NCBI GenBank assembly: GCA_964580235.1
Contig: CAZOJY010000007.1
Span: forward strand, 1 to 54,191
DNA length: 54,191 nt
Source: an uncultured Eubacteriales bacterium
Lineage (GTDB): Bacteria > Acidobacteriota > Aminicenantia > Aminicenantales > Aminicenantaceae
Reading direction: 5' to 3'
Position numbers and translations under genes: made by a program. The notes beneath the pieces are model-generated. The model ran no database searches and had not been told where the DNA came from. It saw only the letters and a program-made list of their open reading frames with translations. This document shows positions 48,645 through 54,191 of the stretch, piece by piece (the stretch's first letter is position 1; each line of letters opens with the position of its first letter).

Positions 48645-50528
48645 TTACCAGGCAATCCCGTAGTCTTCCCCGTGGTTGCTCGATCCTCCCCAGAATGTGC
48701 CGTGTTCCCAATCGAAAAAGACCGCGTTCATCGGACCGGAGGTCAGTCGGCTGAAATTAAGCCTGTAACCCATCTCCCGCAGTGTGTTTCGGACCCAATC
48801 CGGAACCTTCTCGTTCAACTGCAGCCTTCCTGGCGTCGAAGCATGATTGCCGAAAGAGCTGTACATCTGGTAGCTGACGATATTGGCGGCCTCACAGGCC
48901 TGCTGGACATTCATCCCGAATTCGACAATGTTCAAGAAAAACTGCAGGCAGTTCTGGTCCTGGGTGTCTCCTCCCTGGATGGAAAAGGATAAAAAGGGTT
49001 TCCCATTTTTAAGGGCCATGCTTGGCGTCAGCGTGGCTCTTGGCCGTTTTCCCGGCTCAACGACGTTAAAGGGATTTTTTGCCTCATCCAGCACAAAACT
49101 TTGGGCCCGCTGACTCATTCCAATACCGGTCCGACCAGCAATACAGACCGGAATCCATCCGCCACTCGGAGTCACAGATACCACCCACCCGCTTTTATCC
49201 GCAGCCTGGATGGATGTGGTTCCAGCCGTGAAGCTCTCCTCAAATTCCGCCAGCTCCTGAGGTGACATCCGTCCTGGATTCTGTTTGGCCCTCCATGCCT
49301 TGTGAAAGCCTTCTACGTACTTCAGATAAGGATTTTTCTTTCCTTCAAACGGATAGGGATCCCCCGGTCCAATCTCCGGATCATTTTTGTTTCCATTTAG
49401 CAGCTTGATCCTTTCCTTCGCATATTCTTTGGAAAGCAGTCCTTTGATCGGCTCTTGTGGGGGAAAATAGGAATCTCCATAATAAAAATCCCTGTCGGCA
49501 AAGGCCAAGTTCATCACCTGGTACAGGGTATGGATATACCTGGCGCTGTTGTAGCCCATGGATTGGAGGTCAAAATTTTCCAACATATTCAGCATCTGCA
49601 GCAGGACCGGTCCCTGAACCCAGCTGGTCAGTTTATAGACTTCGATATCCTTGTAAGTGGTCATCACCGGTTCCTCGATATAAACCTTCCAATCGGCCAG
49701 GTCTTTTACGGTAATTTGACCGCCCTGCTCCTGGCACCCGCGGGCAAATTCTTCGGCAATGTCTCCCCTGTAGAACCGGTCATAAGCCGCATAGATGGCT
49801 TCCTTCCGGTTTTTCCCCTCAGCCAGGGTTTTCTGTTCCGTTTCCACCAGTTTTTTGAGGGTATTCATCAGATTGTTCTGTTGGAAGATTTCTCCCGGAT
49901 AGGGCGCCTCCCTCTCTTCGCCAAGATGCGGAAGAAGCACATCCTTAGAGTAGGGCCATTGTTTGATCCGGGCTTTGCCCCTCTCGATGCTGTTGGCACA
50001 CTGGGTTTCAATCGGATACCCTTCGGCCATCTGGATGGCAGGTTCCAGAACATCTTTGAGACTCATTGTGCCGTATTCGGCCAGCATGACCATCAAACCG
50101 CCGGGTGTTCCCGGCGTGACAGCAGCGAGCGGCCCATAACTTGGAGGAAATTTCATATTTTTTTCTTTGAAGAATTCAGCTGTAGCACCAGTCGGAGCAA
50201 CACCCAACGCATTTATGCCGATGACTTTTTTCGTATGGGGATTATAGATAAGGGCCTGGGTTTCCCCCCCCCAACTGAGGGTATCATACATCGTGCAGGT
50301 CGCACCCAACATCGCGCAGGCCGCATCCACAGCGTTTCCGCCCTCGCTGAAAATCATGGCCCCCGCGGTGGCCGCCAAAGGTTTCCCGGTAATGGCCACC
50401 CAATGCCTCCCGTGAAGCACCGGTTTTTCTGTTCTCTGGGCCCTTATGACGGAGACTGCGAAAAGAAGGACCGTCACCAATAAAGAAACGTTCCAATGGT
50501 TGCAGTGGGATTTTATTCGATTGGTCAT
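48645..50528 (-). CDS. ggt: Gamma-glutamyltransferase family Ntn-hydrolase, secreted
   Basis: GGNAVDAA, PGTPGG, FADRD.Y.GD, autocleavage Thr in GTTSIQAAD, PGKRP, GGD. Confidence 0.88.
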   Translation of the reverse strand: MTNRIKSHCNHWNVSLLVTVLLFAVSVIRAQRTEKPVLHGRHWVAITGKPLAATAGAMIFSEGGNAVDAACAMLGATCTMYDTLSWGGETQALIYNPHTKKVIGINALGVAPTGATAEFFKEKNMKFPPSYGPLAAVTPGTPGGLMVMLAEYGTMSLKDVLEPAIQMAEGYPIETQCANSIERGKARIKQWPYSKDVLLPHLGEEREAPYPGEIFQQNNLMNTLKKLVETEQKTLAEGKNRKEAIYAAYDRFYRGDIAEEFARGCQEQGGQITVKDLADWKVYIEEPVMTTYKDIEVYKLTSWVQGPVLLQMLNMLENFDLQSMGYNSARYIHTLYQVMNLAFADRDFYYGDSYFPPQEPIKGLLSKEYAKERIKLLNGNKNDPEIGPGDPYPFEGKKNPYLKYVEGFHKAWRAKQNPGRMSPQELAEFEESFTAGTTSIQAADKSGWVVSVTPSGGWIPVCIAGRTGIGMSQRAQSFVLDEAKNPFNVVEPGKRPRATLTPSMALKNGKPFLSFSIQGGDTQDQNCLQFFLNIVEFGMNVQQACEAANIVSYQMYSSFGNHASTPGRLQLNEKVPDWVRNTLREMGYRLNFSRLTSGPMNAVFFDWEHGTFWGGSSNHGEDYGIAW

Positions 50529-50588
50529 TTTTCCTCCTTTCTAAACCTTTTTTATTCTCTCTCTTTATTCAATCGCAAATAAAATTCC

Positions 50589-51992
50589 TCACTGCGGATT
50601 TTTAAGGTCCGGATCATTCAACTCCCGTCTTAATTCCGTCAGCCTCTCCTGCAGTTGGGCGACGACATCTCTGTATGCCGGATTTGCGTACAGGTTATTC
50701 ATTTCTTCCGGGTCATTCTGGATGTCGTAGAGCTCGAACTCCTCAGGCTCTTCGAAATAGTGGATGTACTTCCAGCGCTTGGTCCGGATGCCTCGATTTT
50801 TGCGCACCATGTGCACCGCCGGGTATTCATAGTATTCATACAGAAAGTCCTTTCGCCAGGGAATGCTTCCGCCCCGGAGAAGAGATTTTGCACTTTTCCC
50901 GTTCATATCAGCGGGGACTTCCACACCGGAAAGGTCAAGGATGGTCGGGGCCACATCCACGTTCAGGAGCAACTCCGCATTAGTCGTCCCGGGTTGGATC
51001 ATCCTGGGATACCGCACCAGCAGGGGAACACGGATAGAAGGTTCGTACATCAGCCGTTTGTCGAAAAAATGATGCTCCCCCAGGAAAAATCCGTTATCTC
51101 CGCTGTACATCACTACTGTGTTTTTCGTGAAACCGAGCCTATCCAGGGAATCCAGCATCCGTCCCAAATTCTCGTCGACTCCCAGGAGAGTCCTGTAGTA
51201 ATTCTTGAGGAAAGTATCCAAATCAGGAACATCATCAAAATCGCCGATTTTCATATCTGCATTTTTTACGGCATCAGGTCTTCCCTTGTAGTCATCATGG
51301 AATGTGGAAGGTTCGGGCATTTTTGTATCTTTGTATAAATCCTCGAATCGTTTGGCCGAATGCCAGCTTCTGTGAGGAGCCTTGAACCAAAAAAGCAAGC
51401 AGAATGGCATCTCATGTTTCTGTTCCAGAAATTTGATGGCATGATCGGTCAGTATATCTGTCACATGCCCCTTGTATTCTTTGTCAGGCCCGAAATTTTC
51501 GGCAATAACCGGATTGAAGTATCGCCCCTGCCCTTTGAATCCAAAGGTGTAATCGAATCCCCTGCCTCTGCCAAGGTCTTTGTTGTGCCACTTTCCCACA
51601 AAAGCGGTTTCGTATCCCGCTTCTTTGAGCATCTCGGGGAACGTCTTTTGTGCCAGGGAAAGCTCTCCCCCGTTCCGCCGAACGCCATGATTGTGGACGT
51701 ATTTTCCGGTCAGAAAGGAGGCCCGGCTCGGACCGCAAAGGGAAGTGGTGACAAACATATTTTCGAAACGAACTCCTTCTGCGGCAATCCTGTCCATGTT
51801 GGGCGTTTTGAGTACAGGGTTACCTGCGCAGCTCATACCATCCCACCGCTGATCATCCGTCAAAAAAAACACAAAATTGGGCCTTTTTTCTCCTCTGGAA
51901 CAGGATTGTGTCCCCATGCCGATGGCCGTTCCCAACAAACCTGCCGAGGAAACTTTGATAAACTCTCGTCTTGATATGTTTTTATTTACCAT
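50589..51992 (-). CDS. Formylglycine-dependent sulfatase (N-acetylglucosamine-6-sulfatase-like), TAT-exported lipoprotein
   Basis: Start moved to ATG 51992 (GGAGG SD, SRREFIK TAT motif, QSC lipobox); LTDDQ, canonical SLCGPSRAS, GKWH, KAPH, GDNG..GEH, DKR. Confidence 0.92.
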   Translation of the reverse strand: MVNKNISRREFIKVSSAGLLGTAIGMGTQSCSRGEKRPNFVFFLTDDQRWDGMSCAGNPVLKTPNMDRIAAEGVRFENMFVTTSLCGPSRASFLTGKYVHNHGVRRNGGELSLAQKTFPEMLKEAGYETAFVGKWHNKDLGRGRGFDYTFGFKGQGRYFNPVIAENFGPDKEYKGHVTDILTDHAIKFLEQKHEMPFCLLFWFKAPHRSWHSAKRFEDLYKDTKMPEPSTFHDDYKGRPDAVKNADMKIGDFDDVPDLDTFLKNYYRTLLGVDENLGRMLDSLDRLGFTKNTVVMYSGDNGFFLGEHHFFDKRLMYEPSIRVPLLVRYPRMIQPGTTNAELLLNVDVAPTILDLSGVEVPADMNGKSAKSLLRGGSIPWRKDFLYEYYEYPAVHMVRKNRGIRTKRWKYIHYFEEPEEFELYDIQNDPEEMNNLYANPAYRDVVAQLQERLTELRRELNDPDLKNPQ

Positions 51993-52217
51993 TGCAAAAA
52001 TCCCTCCTTTTTTATTTATCACAATTCGCGAACAAAATTCCAATTCAATCTTTAATCTCATGGAATGCATGGCCAAAACCAAAAGAAACAACCAGTCAGG
52101 CAAGCTGATATTCAACAGATGCAAGAATTGCAGCGGTCTTGAAAAGGCTTCCACCCGAACGAAATAAGCTGGAGAGGGAGTGACAAGAAATAGAATTTTT
52201 TGTAATATAATAAAGCG

Positions 52218-54191
52218 ATGAGAAGAAAAATCCTTTTTCATCTCGTTGTGTTTATTTGTATTTTTTCAATCCTATCTTTTTCCGGCCAGAAAAAAAAATC
52301 GCCCAAAGACCTGAGCCCTTCCTTCCGAAAGTGGTTGGAAGAAGAGGTTGTCTATATCATCACCCCCACAGAAAAAGAAGTTTTTCTCCAACTCGAAACA
52401 GATCGGGAAAGAACCCAATTCATGGAGGCTTTCTGGAGGTACAGAGATCCAAATCCCAACACTCCTGAGAATGAATTCAAGGAGGAGCACTACCGCAGGA
52501 TAAAATATGCCAACCAGTATTTTGGAAAAGAAGGACCGGGTGCAGGATGGAGGTCCGCGATGGGACGGATTTACATCATTCTGGGAGAACCTGGATACAT
52601 CGAAAGATACGAAAATATGGCAGAGGTCTACCCGATGGTCATCTGGTCTTATGCAGCGAGGCCGGAATTGGGTCTTCTTCAGGCGTTTAATGTTGCCTTT
52701 TTCAAAAGGGGAGGCATCGGCGAATATGAGCTTTACTCTCCCGTACGATTTGGACCTCAGCAGCTGTTGATCCATTATAAAGGGGACCCCTCGGATTATC
52801 TATCCGCCTATCGGGAACTCTTGCGAATCGAGCCCTCGATAGCGGAGGCATCCCTCACCTTGCTTTCAGGAGAGAGGGCCTTCGTCGCTTCCCCCTCCCT
52901 CGCATCCGAGGTCCTCCTTCATGCTACTATCCCGAGCGTTCCCTACAGACAGGTCGAGGACTCCTGGGCAGAGAAACTTCTTGAATATAAAGATATCGTG
53001 GAAGTCGAATATTCTACCAACTACATCAACAGCGACTTTTCGGCAAGTGTTATCGAAGATAAATCGGGCATCTATTTCGTTCATTATCTTATCGAGCCCG
53101 GCCGCCTGACATTCGAGCAGTACGGAGGACGCTTCCTCACCAATCTGGAAGTCAACGGAAACATATCGGATTTAGAGGGAAACACTGTTTATCAATATGA
53201 AAAAACCATCCCTATCGAATTCGATCAAGAGCAGATGAATAATATCAGAAACAAACTTTTCAGCTTCCAGGATATGTTTCCTTTGGTCGAAGGCGAGTAT
53301 AAGCTTAGCGTGCTTTTTAAAAATACCATCTCCAAAGAATTCACCAGTGCTGAAGAGGCCATCGTGATTCCCGCGTCATCGAACGATCTCCAAATGAGTC
53401 CTCTGATCCTTGCCAATAAAGCTTTGACAAACTCAAAATACAAAGGACAAAGCAAGCCATTCCTTTTGAGCGGCATCCAGCTTGTCCCCTCGCCCCGGAA
53501 TGATTTCTGTCAACAAGATCATCTGTATTTGTTTTTCCAGATTCAAGGTTTGACCCCGGATCTAAAGGATAACGGAACGATCGAATTTTCCATCTCAACC
53601 GAAGATAAAATTGTCCAATCGTTCCACAAAGAAATCAAAGATTATCCAAACGCGCCTAATTTTTTCCAGGAGATTCCTCTTTCTGGATTAGCCTCAGGAT
53701 ATTACAAAGTAAAGGCTTCTCTCATGAATGAAAACCAGGCTGAAATCCTGTCCGAAGATGCGGATTTTTCCCTAAGCTTTGCCTCTTCCATCCCAAGGCC
53801 TTGGCTGTTATCGCTGCCTGTATCCTCTCCAGAAGACCCTTCCTATTCGAATATTTTGGGAAACCAGTACATGAATAAAAAAAATCCCTTTAGAGCGAGA
53901 GGATTGCTCGAAGAGGCTTACCGAAAAAATCCTGAGTCCTCCAAATTCGCGCTGGATTTTTGCCAGAGCCTTTTAAGCTTGAAAGAATATAAAAATTTGA
54001 AGGATATTGCCCTGCCTTTTCTTGATCGGCCAGAAAAACATGAATTTTATGCCTTGCTGGGGCAGTCCAGCCAGAAACTCGGCGAATGGGCGGAAGCCGT
54101 TATTTATTACAAGAGTTACTTGGCCTATTACGGAACCCATATTCAGATTCTCAATTCTATCGGTGATTGTTATAATCAGTTGGGCAATAAA
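52218..54191 (+). CDS. GWxTD-domain protein with C-terminal TPR-like repeats, partial (runs off the window; not in the ORF track)
   Basis: Open frame from ATG 52218: signal peptide, KWLEEEVVYIIT, FWRYRDPNPNTPENEFKEEHYRRI.YAN..F...G.GWRSAMGRIYI.LG.P; last codons read GDCYNQLGNK. Confidence 0.85.
   Translation, partial: MRRKILFHLVVFICIFSILSFSGQKKKSPKDLSPSFRKWLEEEVVYIITPTEKEVFLQLETDRERTQFMEAFWRYRDPNPNTPENEFKEEHYRRIKYANQYFGKEGPGAGWRSAMGRIYIILGEPGYIERYENMAEVYPMVIWSYAARPELGLLQAFNVAFFKRGGIGEYELYSPVRFGPQQLLIHYKGDPSDYLSAYRELLRIEPSIAEASLTLLSGERAFVASPSLASEVLLHATIPSVPYRQVEDSWAEKLLEYKDIVEVEYSTNYINSDFSASVIEDKSGIYFVHYLIEPGRLTFEQYGGRFLTNLEVNGNISDLEGNTVYQYEKTIPIEFDQEQMNNIRNKLFSFQDMFPLVEGEYKLSVLFKNTISKEFTSAEEAIVIPASSNDLQMSPLILANKALTNSKYKGQSKPFLLSGIQLVPSPRNDFCQQDHLYLFFQIQGLTPDLKDNGTIEFSISTEDKIVQSFHKEIKDYPNAPNFFQEIPLSGLASGYYKVKASLMNENQAEILSEDADFSLSFASSIPRPWLLSLPVSSPEDPSYSNILGNQYMNKKNPFRARGLLEEAYRKNPESSKFALDFCQSLLSLKEYKNLKDIALPFLDRPEKHEFYALLGQSSQKLGEWAEAVIYYKSYLAYYGTHIQILNSIGDCYNQLGNK

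Noticed and set aside
49455-50483. 342-aa plus-strand ORF
   Set aside because: Antisense shadow of the GGT gene; the many other short overlapping ORFs in the track were rejected for the same reason

Overview
54 kb of AT/GC-balanced, gene-dense bacterial DNA with no rRNA, tRNA, CRISPR array or transposase gene that I can see. The gene content suggests an anaerobic diderm, plausibly Ca. Aminicenantes/Acidobacteriota; this is an inference from the GWxTD protein, the 6-bladed propeller, the Omp85 fusions and many secreted hydrolases. Main blocks, left to right: TauE transporter; sdhAB with its own promoter and no membrane-anchor gene; HAO-like octaheme cytochrome c; a peptidase-propeller-Omp85 fusion; an amino-sugar salvage operon (serine hydrolase, two phosphohexomutases of which one has lost its catalytic Ser, nagB, nagA, GH20, NagX-like); lactate permease and peptidases; a ferredoxin-like gene with a TTGAC-N4-GTCAA box at -41.5; a sulfatase-like/GT9 pair; a three-gene operon between two inverted copies of a small MITE-like repeat; a GHMP kinase; a family-5 ABC importer; a TAT-exported reductive dehalogenase pair (rdhAB); GGT; a sulfatase; and a partial GWxTD protein. 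The strongest novelty candidates are (1) a protein with the class I HMG-CoA reductase fold whose catalytic and cofactor motifs are all replaced, encoded between a secreted esterase-like lipoprotein and a Crp/Fnr regulator, (2) the rdhAB pair, and (3) the pseudo-mutase paired with an intact paralogue. All homology calls come from motif recognition by eye; no searches were run.
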